NCBI GenBank assembly: GCA_038087875.1
Contig: CM075992.1
Span: 2,172,001-2,236,000, forward strand
Length of the DNA: 64,000 nucleotides
Source: Malacoraja senta
Lineage: Eukaryota
Direction of reading: 5' to 3'
The translations under genes were made by a program, and so were the position numbers. The notes beneath the pieces are model-generated. The model was given only the letters and a program-made list of their open reading frames with translations, was not told where the DNA came from and searched no databases. Below, in pieces: positions 1-12,740 of the stretch. Numbering within the stretch: position 1 is the stretch's first letter; each line of letters begins with the position of its first letter.

Positions 1-45
<45 letters not shown>

Positions 46-2539
46 TTTACACTCATATTTACACACACACTCACTCACTGTATGGAGTTTCTCACTGTGG
101 GATTTCTCCGGGTGTTCTGGTTTCCTCCCACACTCCAAGGACTTGTAAGATTGTAGCTTCTGTAAATTGTCCCTTGTGTGTCGGGTAGAACTAGTGTATG
201 GGTGATCACTGGTCAATGTGGACTCTGGACAGAAGAGCCTGTTTCTATGCTGTATCTCTAATCCAGTGAATGCCTATTGCACTTGTTTGGCAAGTACTTC
301 CTATTGCACGTGTTTGCCAAATACTTACATTTTTTTTAAAATATGTACAGATATGGTCTCACCAAAGCTCTAAAATTACAATACTTATACAATTCTTTTC
401 AATGGTTCTTTTATCATGTGGCAAGGAAAAGTGAAATGCTATCTTTGCAGACAGTTCAGTAAAGTATTACTATACATAAACACAATCCCAGATTAAGTAC
501 AAAGTGTATAGAAATACAAGAGTTGCCATGTTGTATCTGCTTCCACCACCACACTTCCAAACACCCACCACTTTTTTCTGAACTTGCCCTGTGAAGCCCG
601 TTTAAACTTTGCCTCCGTCACCTTAAAGCTATGCTCTCTCGTCTTTGATATTTTGATCCTAGAGAGAAAAGGTTCTAATTATCTACCCTTTCTATAACAC
701 TTGATATACTTAATTTATTCTGTTGGCTTCCATTGTATTTGGTTTCAGTCAATTGTTATTTCCCATGCTTTTCTCTGAATTTAATTTTATAGTTGTTTGA
801 CTGCTTAAGCAAATCTTTCCTTTTATGTGCTGTTTATTTATTGCAAATATTGCATATTCCAATGCTGAGCCTTGCCTTTAATGCCTTCTGCCTGTTACCA
901 TTATATGCTAATACCGAATTTGCCTTTTAATTCTCATCCTGGGTGACTGCTTATCTAATTTAAGCCCACACCTTTGCTTTTTCTGTTTTCTATGGATCCT
1001 TTCTTGAATCCTTTAAGGCACTTCCCTTGAATATCTCCACACTACCTCAACAGTGCAACAAATGAACTTTATCCCTATTATTTGTCACAGGCTGTGCGTA
1101 TTGGCTTTTCCAAGCTGCCAATTCAAGTCAATGAAGTATTTGTTCCCTTTGTTGGCATGTTGCTATAGAGTTGAGGCACCCAAACACTGATCACTTCCTA
1201 TTGTGTTGTAATCCACCCACCCCTTACCTTGGTGCCTGCTAATTATTATACAAGAACTGTAAGTATGAATGTTTCTCTGGCTAAACAGTAAAGACATTTA
1301 TTTTTCTATTTGTTTTGCTACTTTTTAATACAAGATGTCGGGTTGGTAGCTTTTGGCTGCGCTTGCATCATTGTTCATGGATTTGCAAAGCTCTAGTGTG
1401 TACTTTGAACCACAATCAATGCACACCGTAGTGGTGGTGAAGACTTTTCACACATAAAAGTAAGCAGGTCATTTCAAAATCATCAGTTGCACAATACCTG
1501 GGCAGCACAGGAAAGCACCTACTTTTGCACTAGCTGGAAAGGATGCAGAGAAGCTTTAAGGCTGTTGCCAGGACCTGAAGGCCTGAGCTATGAGGAGAAA
1601 ATGGGCAAGCTAGGACTTTATTCCTGGTAGTGCAAGAGGCTAAGGGGTAATCTTATAGAAGTGTATGAAATCATGAATGGGATAGATAGGGTGAATGCAG
1701 TGTGTTTTACCCGGAGTAGGGGAGCTGAGGACCAGAAGGTGAGAGGGGAAAGAATAGGAACCTGAGGCGCAGTGTTTTCACTCGTGGTGGTGTGTGCATG
1801 CAATGAGCTGCCAGAGGTGGTAGTTGAGGCAGGTACAATAATGTTTCAAGGATACTTTGACAGGTGCATGCATGGGAAGATTTGGAGGGATATAGCCAAA
1901 TGGGACTAGCTTAGATGGAGCATCGTGGTTGGCATGGACAGGTTGAGCTGAAGGGCCTGTTTATGTACTGTATGATTCTGTGACTGCTGCTGCTTCCTGA
2001 GATAGATATGGAGCAAATTATTCAATGAACTGCATGTACATACAGTTCAATAGAAATTTAAAAAAAATGCTGTGTAAATCTGAATGCTGGAAGCATAGTG
2101 AACCAAACCATATACGTAGAGAGAATTTCTAGTTAATTCAAACTAGTAGCAAATGAAATATAATTGATACGTTGAACACATATTGCCTGCTATTTGCACT
2201 TTCGAACCCTTTATTTAGTTTATTGTTTTTTTTAGTTTAGCTTATTGTCATGTGTGCTGAGGTACAATGAAAAGCTTTTGTTATGTGCCAACTAGTCAGT
2301 GGGAAGTGCTGTTCAATTGCATTTAATGCAAAGAATGGGTGGCTCGGGGAGCTGGAGTGGCAGTTCCAATTGACCGATCTTGAAGTCAGAAGGGTTCCTA
2401 TGGAGTGGTACTTTTAGAGAGGATATAATTGGATTCCTTCCTTGTCTCTCTGCCTCATTGAAAATATATCAATGCTTGGAACACAATTAGGGAGCGGAAT
2501 TGGGCCATTCAAACTAGATCTGAATCAGACCAGATTCAA

Positions 2540-2845
2540 GGGCGGCACGGTGGCATATCGGTAGAGCTGCTGCCATACAGCGCCAGAGACCTAGGTTCGA
2601 TCCCGCCTACAGGTGCTTGTCTGTACGGAGTTTGTGGGTTCTACCCGTGACCTGCGTGGATTTTCTCCAAGATCTTCAGTTTCCTCCCACACTCAAGATG
2701 TACAGGTTTTGAAGGTTAATTTGACTTGGTATAACATGTAAAATTGTCCCTAGTGTGTGTAGGGTGTTAACGTGCGGGGACTGCTGGTCGGTGCGAATTC
2801 GGTGGGCCGAAGTGCCTGTTTCCACGCTGTATCTCTTAACTAAAT
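2540..2845 (+). mobile_element. tRNA-derived V-SINE (HE1-like); other copies near 9035-9325(-), 10903-11210, 30590-30875, 41665-41994, 42560-43182, 47115-47420, 49080-49300(-), 51870-52180(-)
   Basis: tRNA-like head with A/B boxes (GGTTCGATCC), V-domain core GGTTTCCTCCCACA, and (TAAAC)n tail in the fuller copies. Confidence 0.8.
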
Positions 2846-4189
2846 ATGCCAATGGAGAGACAAGAGAATACTGGAATCTGGAGCAAAAAATAAATCATTG
2901 GAAGAAAGCAGGTCAAACAACGTCTGGCAAAGAAATGGTTGATGTTTGGGGTTGACGCTCTATATTAGGACTGCGAGTGGAGATAGAGAGAGGAGCATTT
3001 TGTGTATCTGAGGTAAAATTGATGGATGATAAATGTTGCTTGTGTTTCTTGGACCAAATACATACAGCTGTGAAGTGTGGAAATTAATTGCTCTGAACTC
3101 AGCTGCTCTAAAAGTGCTTTAGGCTATTCCACAGGAGTGTGAAAGCTCCAAGTTAGCTATTTATAGCGTACAAAATAATTACCCTCACACCTGTGCCTGA
3201 GAATGTTCGGCAAACAATAAAAAGCACCTTGGCAGACTGCAAGCATTAGAGACTTCAAACTGGAACTCGAAGCAAAGAAAACTGCTTGAGGAACACAGCA
3301 GGCCAGGAGGGTATAGAGAGGTATGGGGCATGTGGTAGCAAGCAATGGGTGGATGTTGATGAGGAAGAGTGATTGAAGAATCATCAGGAGGAGGAGGAGG
3401 AAGGAATGGTGGAGAAAAGTTGCAGATAATAGAGGCTGCCGATTCTGAGGGTAGGTAATGAGTGGAAACTGGGTTAGTGGCAGATGGAAATAAAAGCATG
3501 AGGAATGGTGATGACTAAGGGAGAGGGGGAAGAAATGTGGGTGACAGCTGTGGGAAGAAGGGTGTGTGAGAAGGACAGGGTAGACGGAGGGAGAAAACTG
3601 GATGTTCAGTCTATTGTATTTAGATTAGAGGTGGAATATGAGGTGCTGTTAATAATTATCATTTGGCTTCTCCCATGCATTGGAGGAGTAGGATAAGTTG
3701 GTATGGGAAGGAGGGGTAATTGTTAACAGCTGAGAAATCTGGGCATCGTCTCCCAAGAACAGAGGTGGGTGATGTTTTGTGTCTGCATCCTTCTTCAGAC
3801 CACTTCTTCAATCCATCTCAAAGGTTGTATTAATGCTGGTCAGCGACACTGTACACGACGAATAAAGTAAACTTCCCTTTGCTTTACACTCTCTAAAGCG
3901 ATCAACATGACTAATAAACAAAAGGGGAAATGGTGGTTTTCAAACAAGGCGTTAAGGGGATTTTTACAAGATGATTTGAGATGAGGTGATCCCATGCCTG
4001 GGGCAAAATGGGGAAGCTGCAGGGAACTCGCAAGTGGTGAGTTAGTCACGTAGTATGATAGAACTTTATTTTTCCCAGGAGGGAAAATGATAATGGTGAT
4101 GGGACAATCCCAGAGATCATGAGTACAGGGACTGACAGCCCAAAGGCGATCACTAGAGGGTCCATTGCCTACAATATGATGGTGGAGAC

Positions 4190-5712
4190 AGCCCAGAGAT
4201 GATGAGCAGTCCACCAGCTACATAATGGTGGATCAGGCAGCCCACAGCCTATGAGTAGAGGGTCTGCCGCCTGCAATAATGATGGGGTAGACAGCCCAGA
4301 GGCGATGAGTAGAGAGACCACCAGCCACATTTATGATGGGGAGACAGCCCAGAGGTGGCGAGTAGAGGGTCCTCCAGCCCCTTAATGGTGGATCAGAAAG
4401 GCCAGAGGTGGTGAGTAAAGGGACCTCTAGCCACATTAATGGTGGATCAGACAGCCCAGAGGTGGTGAGTAGAGCAAAAAGATACCAGTGTAGAGGGACC
4501 TCCAGCCACATAATGGTGGATCAGACAGCCCAGAGGTGGTGAGTAGAGGGACCACTAGCCACATAATGGTGGATCAGACAGCCCAGAGGTGGTGAGTAGA
4601 GGGACCTCTAGCCACATTAATGGTGGATCAGACAGCCTGGAGGTGGTGAGTAGAGGGACCACCAGCCACATAATGGTGGATCAGAAAGGCCAGAGGTGGT
4701 GAGTAGAGGGACCACCAGCCACATAATGGTGGATCAGAGAGGCCAGAGGTGGTGAGTAGAGGGACCACCAGCCACATAATGGTGGATTAGAGAGGCCAGA
4801 GGTGGTGAGTAGAGGGACCGACCACCAGCCACATTAATGGTGGATCAGACAGCCCAGAGGTGGTGAGTAGAGGGACCACCAGCCACATAATGGTGGATTA
4901 GAGAGGCCAGAGGTGGTGAGTAGAGGGACCTCTAGCCACATTAATGGTGGATCAGACAGCCCAGAGGTGGTGAGTAGAGGGACCACCAGCCACATAATGG
5001 TGGATCAGACAGCCCAGAGGTGGTGAGCAGAGGGACTTCCAGCCACATTAATGGTGGATCAGACAGCCAGGAGAGGTGGTGAGTAGGGAACCACCAGCCA
5101 CATAATGGTGGATTAGAGAGGCCAGAGGTGGTGAGTAGAGGGACCAGCCAGCCACATAATGGTGGATCAGACAGCCCAGAGGTGGTGAGTAGAGGGACCA
5201 CCAGCCACATAATGGTGGATTAGAGAGGCCAGAGGTGGTGAGTAGTGACCCCACCAGCCACATTAATGGTGGATCAGACAGCCCAGAGGTGGTGAGTAGA
5301 GGACCACCAGCCACATAATGGTGGATTAGAGAGGCCAGAGGTGGTGAGTAGAGGGACCTCTAGCCACATTAATGGCTGGATCAGACAGCCCAGAGGTGGT
5401 GAGTAGAGGGACCACCAGCCACATAATGGTGGATTAGAGAGGCCAGAGGTGGTGAGTAGAGGGACCACCAGCCACATTAATGGTGGATTAGAGAGCCCAG
5501 AGGTGGTGAGTAGAGGGACCACCAGCACATAATGGTGGACTCAGACAGCCCAGAGGTGGTGAGTAGAGGGACCGACCACCAGCCACATTAATGGTGGATC
5601 AGACAGCCCAGAGGTGGTGAGGTAGAGGGACCACCAGCCACATAATGGTGGATCAGACAGCCCAGAGGTGGTGAGTAGAGGGACCGACCACCAGCCACAT
5701 TAATGATGGGGG
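4190..5712. repeat. 53-54 bp minisatellite, about 28 copies (unit GGTGGATCAGACAGCCCAGAGGTGGTGAGTAGAGGGACCACCAGCCACATAAT)
   Basis: Tandem unit read directly; copies degenerate toward the left end; explains the repetitive ORFs in the track. Confidence 0.95.
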
Positions 5713-5714
5713 AG

Positions 5715-5990
5715 TCGCTACTTCCTGGTTCCATCCCGTTACCCCTGACAACGGGTGGGAGGGGGGGGACGTGCTCCGTCCAATCACGGGGCGTCAAGTG
5801 ACGCTGGCGGTGACGCCATACGCCGGCGCCGCGCCACGTGGTGTTTTGTGACGCGAGGAGAGCGCGCCGCTGCATGGGCGGGCGGGCGGGCTGGCTTGGT
5901 CGGGATGCGGCAGGGACGGGGACAGGGGCAAGGCCCGGGGACGGGTTGCCGCCGGCCTGAGGTACACGCACCGCCCGCTCCTCTTGCTGC
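5715..5990 (+). promoter_or_regulatory. CpG-island promoter and putative non-coding first exon, probably of FBXW9
   Basis: CpG-dense; CCAAT 5780-5784; GTGACGC x3 (5798, 5810, 5848); E-box CACGTG 5835-5840; possible donor GAG|GTACAC at 5961/5962. The link to FBXW9 is inferred. Confidence 0.55.
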
Positions 5991-6375
5991 TTGGTTTCTT
6001 GGTCCTCCAAAATATTCCAATTGGAATTTAAACTGGAGGTGGTGGAGGGAGGACTTAAGCCAGAAAGGGTTTTTGGGAAGAAAGAGCTACCTTAAATTTA
6101 ATTGCATCTGGTTGGGTAACTATGGTAACTATGGTAGGGTGAAGATTATTCCATGCTTCACCTTATTATTCCATTGCTTCACCTCCGCAGCGCCCAGCCC
6201 AGCCAGCCCAAGGCGCTCATCTCACAAGGTGTTAGGAGCAGACTCAGGCCATTCAGCCCATCAAGCTGATCTATCTTGAGGAGGGAGCAGTTAGAGAGGA
6301 GGTGTGTAACTCTCCGGAGGGAGGAGGAGAACTTCTTCAAAGTAGGCATACCTTGAGGAAGGAGAACTTTCTATC

Positions 6376-7044
6376 CCTTGTCAATTCTTCCCTTCCCTCC
6401 CATACCACCCCCTCCCCTGGTACTTTCCCTTGCAACCGCAAGAGATGCAACACTTGTCCCTTCACCTCCCCCTCCACTCCATTCAAGGACCCAAGCAGGC
6501 GTTCCAGGTGCGACAGAGGTTCACCTGCATCTCCTCCAACCTCATCTATTGCATTCGCTGCTCTAGATGCCAGCTGATCTACATCGGTGAGACCAAGCGG
6601 AGGCTTGGCGATCGTTTCGCCGAACACCTCCAGTCGGTCCGCAATAACCAACCTGAACTCCCGGTGGCTCAGCACTTCAACTCCCCTTCCCATTCCGTAT
6701 CTGACCTCTCTGTCCTGGGTCTCCTCCATGCCCACAGCGAGCAACACCGTAAATTGGAGGAAATGCCCCTCATATTCCGCTTGGGCAGTCTACATCCTGG
6801 GGTTTGAACATTGAATTCTCCCAATTCTGCTAGCCCTTGCTGTCCCCTCCCCTTCATCAGCCATCTGGTTGTCTCCTCCCCTCCCCCAGCCCTCGGGCTC
6901 CTCCTCCGCCTTTTTCCTTTTTTCCTTTCTTCTCCCTACCCCCTATCAGTCTGAAGAAGGGTTTCGGCCCGAAACGTTACCTATTTCCTTCGCTCCATAG
7001 ATGCTGCTGCACCTGCTGAGTTTCTCCAGCATTTTTGTGTACCT
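6376..7044 (+). mobile_element. 5'-truncated Penelope-like element (GIY-YIG endonuclease C-terminus plus 3' tail), frameshifted
   Basis: PCNRKRCNTC linker, then FTCISSNLIYCIRCSRCQLIYIGETKRRLGDRFAEH (GIY-YIG); 14-bp TSD GAGAACTTTCTATC at 6362-6375 and 7045-7058. Confidence 0.85.
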
Positions 7045-10000
7045 GAGAACTTTCTATCTCTCCCTCTTAACCCCATTCTCCTGCCTTCTCCCCATAACCC
7101 CTGACACACACTGTACCAATCAAGAATCTATCTGTCTCTATCCACTGGCTTGGCCTCCACAGCCTTCTGTGGCAATGAATTCCACAGATTCACCACTCTC
7201 TGACTGAAGAAATTCCTCCTCATCTCCTTCCTAAAGGAACGTCCTTTAATTCTGAGCCCATGACCTCTATTCCTGGACTCTCCCACTAGTGGAAACATCC
7301 TCTCCACATCCACGGTAGACAAAAGTGCTGGAGAAACTCAGCGGGTGAGGCAGTGTTGCCTATTTCCTTTGCTCCATAGATGCTGCTGCCCCGTTGAGTT
7401 TCTCCAGCACTTTTGTCTACTTTCGATTTTCCAGCATCTGCAGTTCCTTCTTAAACTCTCCACATCCACTCTATCCAGGCCTTTATATTGGGAAGGGAGC
7501 AACGACTGGCGTTTGCTGTTGTGGGTCAGGGTGGGGGGGGAGGTCTAGGGTCACTGGGGTCAAAGAACTAATAATTTCCTTTTTGCTCTGATTGCCAATC
7601 CTTAGATTACTAACCCTCCAACCAATGTAAGAAATTGCCTTTGTTTGCAAAGTCACGATTTGAACATTTTAATCCATTATTTTTTTTGGAGATTTTGTTT
7701 AGATTTTGAAGCATGGGAAAATTTACTTTGTTTACTTAAACGTGGGGTAAAGTACTTGTGAATTTTATTTGATCAGACCTGGGGGGCAAGAGAGCCGGAG
7801 TGGGTTGTGGTGTGGTTTGGAGATGATGTCTGGTGTTAGCCTGCTCCCATTTCTTCTCCAGTGGGTCTGGTAATGATCTAAATGAGCCACGGAGCTTCAG
7901 TGAATGAAGATTAACAAATCTCGTCCAGAATAGGTGAATCGAGAACCAGAGGACATAGGTTTAAGGTGAAGGGGAAAAGGAATCTGAGGGGTAACTTTTT
8001 CACATAAAGGATGGTGAGTGTATGGAAAAAGCTGCTTGAGGAGGTAGTTGAGGTTGGGATTATACCAACATTTAAGAAACCAGTTAGACAGGTACATGGA
8101 TAGGACAGGTTTGGAGGGATATGGACCAGAGGCGGGCAGGTAGGACAAGTGTAGCTGAGACATGTTGGCTGGTGTGGGCAAGTTGGGCTGAAGGACCTGT
8201 TTCCACTATTTTCACTCTATGACTAAATAAGTCAGTGTAAACATTTTGTGTCCAGCTTCAGTAAATGAAGATGAACAAATATACAGCAGATGCTACAACC
8301 CGAAAATTCACAAATGTAAAATGCTGGGAACATCACAGGTCAGGCCGCATCTGTGGAAGGACAAACAGAGTTGATGTTTCAGGTCTGAGACTCTTTGTTG
8401 AACTGGGAAAGAATGCTTTATATCACCGAGACGATGAGGGAAGGAATTGGATTGTGCGTTACATTCAGTGTTCACGAGTTGATCTCTTGCCTGGGAGAAA
8501 CCAAACATCGATTGGGCTATTAGAGATTGGTTGGGTTATTGCTTTGTGGAGCATCTATGTTTGAGTTCGCTGTGGCCTGTCACTTCAATTCACCATCCCA
8601 ATTTCACTCTGATCTATCTAGTTGTGTTCTTCCTGCACTGTTTAGATATTGAGCATGGGAAAATGGCTTATTTGCTTAGACGTGGGGTAAAGTTCTTGTG
8701 CTTTTTGTTGATTAGACCTGATTCTTCAGGCATCACCTGGGAGCAGAGTCTTCCTCACCCCACACTGTCATATCGATCCTCACTGTGAGAGACAGGCTGG
8801 TGAGACTGAGACTTCAGTCCAACTGATGAACCGCAATGTGCCATCACGTGATTTGTGGAGACGTTTTCCATCCATGTTTCTCCGCTGAGGACCATTCCTG
8901 AAATGTATGTCTGGTATTCACTATTTTCTATTTGCACATCATGAATTTATAGCTTGGTTATTGGTGTGCAGTTCCTGTTTGCTTCTCTTTGACCACAAGG
9001 ACTAGCACTGTCAATGTTCTATTGATCTTTGTAGTTTAGTTTAGATATACAGGCGGAAATAGGCCCTTCGGCCCACCGAGTCTGCAACGACCAGCAATCC
9101 CCGCACGTTAACACTACCCCTACACACACTGGGGACAATTACATTTATGACATGCCAGTTAACCTACAAACCTGTGCGTCTTTGGGAGTGTGAAAGGAAA
9201 CCAAAGATCTCGGAGAAAACCCACACAGGTCACGGGGAGAACGTACAAACTCTGTACAGACAGCAGTCAGGATCGAACCCGGACTCTAGCGCTGTAAGGC
9301 AGCAACTCTACCGCTGGGCCGCCCAGTATTTCATTTCCTTTGTGTCTTTTGTAGAGCCGAGTTCATCTCAAAGCTCCTCACAACCACTGTAATTATACAT
9401 GTGTACGGTCCAACTGATTTGTAGGCCCACAATATCAGATTTCTGCTACAATGGGAGGTGGATGGTCTGACTCACTCCTGGCCCCACGGCCTTCATTTCA
9501 CCTTGTTATGTTCTAGGCGCAGAATTAGGCCATTCAGCCCATCAAGTCTAATCCACCATTCAATCATGGCTGATCTATCTTTACCTCTCAACCCCATTCT
9601 CCTACCTTTGCTGTATACCCTGACACCCGTACTAATCAAGAATCTGTCAATCTCCACTGTAAAATATCCATTGTGTTGGCTCCCACAGCTCTCCTTGGCA
9701 ATTCCACAGATTTACCACCCAACTAACTAAATAAATTCCTTCTCATCTCCTTTCAAAAGGTATGTATTTTTATTCTGAGGCTATGGCCTGGTGATCCTAA
9801 ACTCTCCCTCTAGTGGAAAGAATCCTCTCCACATATTGCCTGCTCCTCTGGTCTCTGACCACCACCTGGGACACTTCTGGAGCCTGTCATCTGCCTCCTG
9901 ATCCCAGACGCCAGACTTGGCATGATTCTGCAGCAAACCCACAAAACAATCCCAAATTGAAACTATGTGTTCTGGAGTGCATTGAGGAAATAATATCGGG

Positions 10001-11405
10001 GGAGAAGTGGGGCTTAATGATAGTTACAATTGTAAAATAGTCAACAGAAGTGGTTTAATTAATGATTTAAATGCTTGTTTTTAAAAAGTATGTGTATACT
10101 GAATATTCTGCTTTTGCATATAATCTGATTTAATAAAAGTTATTTTACTTTTGCGCAAGTTTGTCTGTCTTGTCCACAATTCAGCCACAATTTGTTAAGT
10201 TTACCTTGTAAGTTAGGCAGGGTGGTTATTTATCATAAGTGATAGGAGCAGAATTTAGGCCATTCGACCCATCAAGTCTATTCCGCTATTCAATCATGGC
10301 TGATCTATCTCCCTCCAAACCCTATTCTCCTGCCTTCACCCCATAACATCTGACACCTGTACTAATCAAAAATCTATCTATCTCTGCCTTAAATACATCC
10401 ACTGACTTTGCCTCCACAGCCTTCTGTGGCAAAGAATTCCACAGATTCGCCACCCTCTGAATAAAGAAATTCCTCCTCATCTCCTTCCAGAAAGAACATC
10501 CTTGAATTCTGAGGCTATGACCTCTAGTCCCAGACTCTCCCACTAGTAGAAACATCGTCACCACATCCACTCTATGCAGGTCTTTCACTATTCTGTACGT
10601 TTGCCACTGGGACACATGATGATGCACTAATTTATCCTGCTCTGGTAGAGAGGGGTGAAAGTCACCATAAGCCACACATTAACCCGTTTTCCGAGGTAGG
10701 AAGGCTGAAGGTCCCGGCCTGAAAAGTTGTTATCCATATCCTCCAGAGATGAAGAGTAGAAATAAAGAGCTACACAAAATAAACACAGAGTGCTGGAGTA
10801 ACTCAGCGGGCCAGGCAGCATCTCTGGAGAACATGGATAGGTGACGTTTTGGGTCGGGACCCTTCTTCAGACCCATCTCCTTCAGAGATGCTGCTGGAGA
10901 GAGCACGGCATGGTGGCGCAGCGGTAGAGTTGCTGCCTTACAGCGCCAGAGACTCGGGTTCGATCCAGTCCATGGGTGCTTGTCTGCACGGAGTTTGTAT
11001 GTTCTCCCCGTGACCTGCGTGGGTTTCTCCAGGATCTCTGGTTTGCTCCCACACTCGAAAGACGTACGCTTTTGTAGGTTAATTGTCTTGGTATAATTGT
11101 AAATTGTCCTTAGTGTGTGTAAGATAGTGTTGGAGTGCAGGGATGGCTCGTCGTCGTGGACTTAGTGGGCTGAAGGCCTGTAACTGCGCTGTATCCCTAA
11201 ACTAAACTAATTAATGTTCTGTGAAGCAGCGGGAGACTGGTTGGTTTGAATCCATGTGCAGAGCAAGTCCCGACAAGCTTTCAGCAATCTAAGTTATTTG
11301 CTGCATGCCTGCTGACAGAGGGATTACAAGGTTAATTCCTGGGGATGGCGGGACTGTCATATGCTGAGAGAATGGAGCAGCGGGGCTTGTACACTCTGGA
11401 GTTTA

Positions 11406-12272
11406 CAAGGTGTATCGTTGGGCGGCACGACTCTCGTTTGCAGCGGCCTCTGCAGTCCGTCTGTCTTTTTATTATTTTTGTCTCGTTTTTATGTAGTTTT
11501 TTGTTATTTTTTTGTCGGGGTGTGTGTGTGGGGGGGTGGGGGGGGGGGGGAAACTTTAAAATCTTTCCCTGCACGGGAGACCCGACCTTTTCTTTGTCGG
11601 GTCTCCGTTGTCGTTGGGGCTGGGCAACGTGGAGCGGCCTCCAGCAGGAACGACCTGGGGCTCCAGTTGTGGAGCTGCGGACTGCTCACCGTCGCGGGGC
11701 TGGCCGAGTCCGGAGCGGGTGGAGCCTGTGGTGGAGCGCTGCTGCTACCCGACCCCCGGAGATTCGGAGGCTACAACCGCGAGTCTGGCGGATGGCAACA
11801 CCGGAAGCCCGCGGGTCCCTGGTGGGGGGCCGCTTTTCGGGGCTTCCGCAGCGGCGACTTCTCCCGCCCGAGTGCGGGGTTGAAGAGCACCTGGAGCGGG
11901 GCTTTATCCACCCGCGCGGCTTGGAATGGCCGCCGGACTTTGCGAACGCGCGCCGGGGCTCTAACACCAAGACCCGGTGCACGACCCTTGCATTAACCGG
12001 CGTGGCTTTAATGGCCATGGGATAATCACCATCGCCCGCCGGGGGCTTTGACTTTGACTCTGACATCGGGGGAGGGGGGGGGGGGAGTGCAGTGGAGAGA
12101 TACGTTTTTTTGCCTTCCATCACAGCGCTGTGATGGATGTATGTGTAAATTGTGTTGTGTCTCGGGTCTTTTTCGTTTTGTAATGTATGGCTGCAGAAAC
12201 GACATTTCGTTTGGACCTCAAGGGGTCCAAATGACAAATTTGTCCAAAAGACAAATAAATTGTATTATTATT
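11406..12272 (+). mobile_element. GC-rich non-autonomous SINE-like insertion nested in a CR1 fragment
   Basis: Splits a CR1 ORF2 3' fragment (11325-11405 and 12273-12670); TSD AGTTTA at 11400-11405 and 12273-12278; ends ...GACAAATAAATTGTATTATTATT. Confidence 0.75.
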
Positions 12273-12740
12273 AGTTTAGAAGGACGAGGAGGGATCTTAT
12301 CGAAACATATAAGATTGTTAAGGGCTTGGACACACTAGATGCAGGAAACATGTTCCCGATGTTGGGGGAGTCCAGAACCAGGGGGCCACAGTTTAAGAAT
12401 AAGGAGTAAGTCATTTAGAATGGAGACGAGGAAACACTTTTCTTACAGAGAGTGGTGAGTGTGGAATTCTCTGCCTCAGAGGGCGGTGGAGGCAGGTTCT
12501 CTGGATGCTTTCAAGAGAGAGCTAGATAGGGCTCTTAAATATAGCGGAGTCAGGGGATATGGGGAGAAGGCAGGAACGGGGTACTGATTGGGGATGATCA
12601 GCCATGATCACATTGAATGGCGGTGCTGGCTCGAAGGGGCCAAATGGCCTGCTCCTGCACCTATTGTCGATTCTCCAGGTAAATGTGTGCTCCTGTGTTG
12701 CAGCAGCCTCTTCTGCTGACGGTGGGGCAGCGGAGGCAGG

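Noticed and set aside
1091..1470. Possible exons with AG...GTAAG boundaries
   Set aside because: The 1335-1459 segment has stops in all three frames, and no homology was recognised for either segment.
2540..2615. tRNA gene
   Set aside because: tRNA-derived SINE head continuing into the SINE body; many diverged copies.
4190..5712. CRISPR-like array, or coding ORFs (PLLTTSGLSDPP repeats)
   Set aside because: There are no unique spacers, the context is eukaryotic, and unit lengths of 53/54 bp break frames. It is a minisatellite.
11345..12237. Long overlapping ORFs of 183-226 aa
   Set aside because: By-product of a GC-rich insertion; no recognisable domain.
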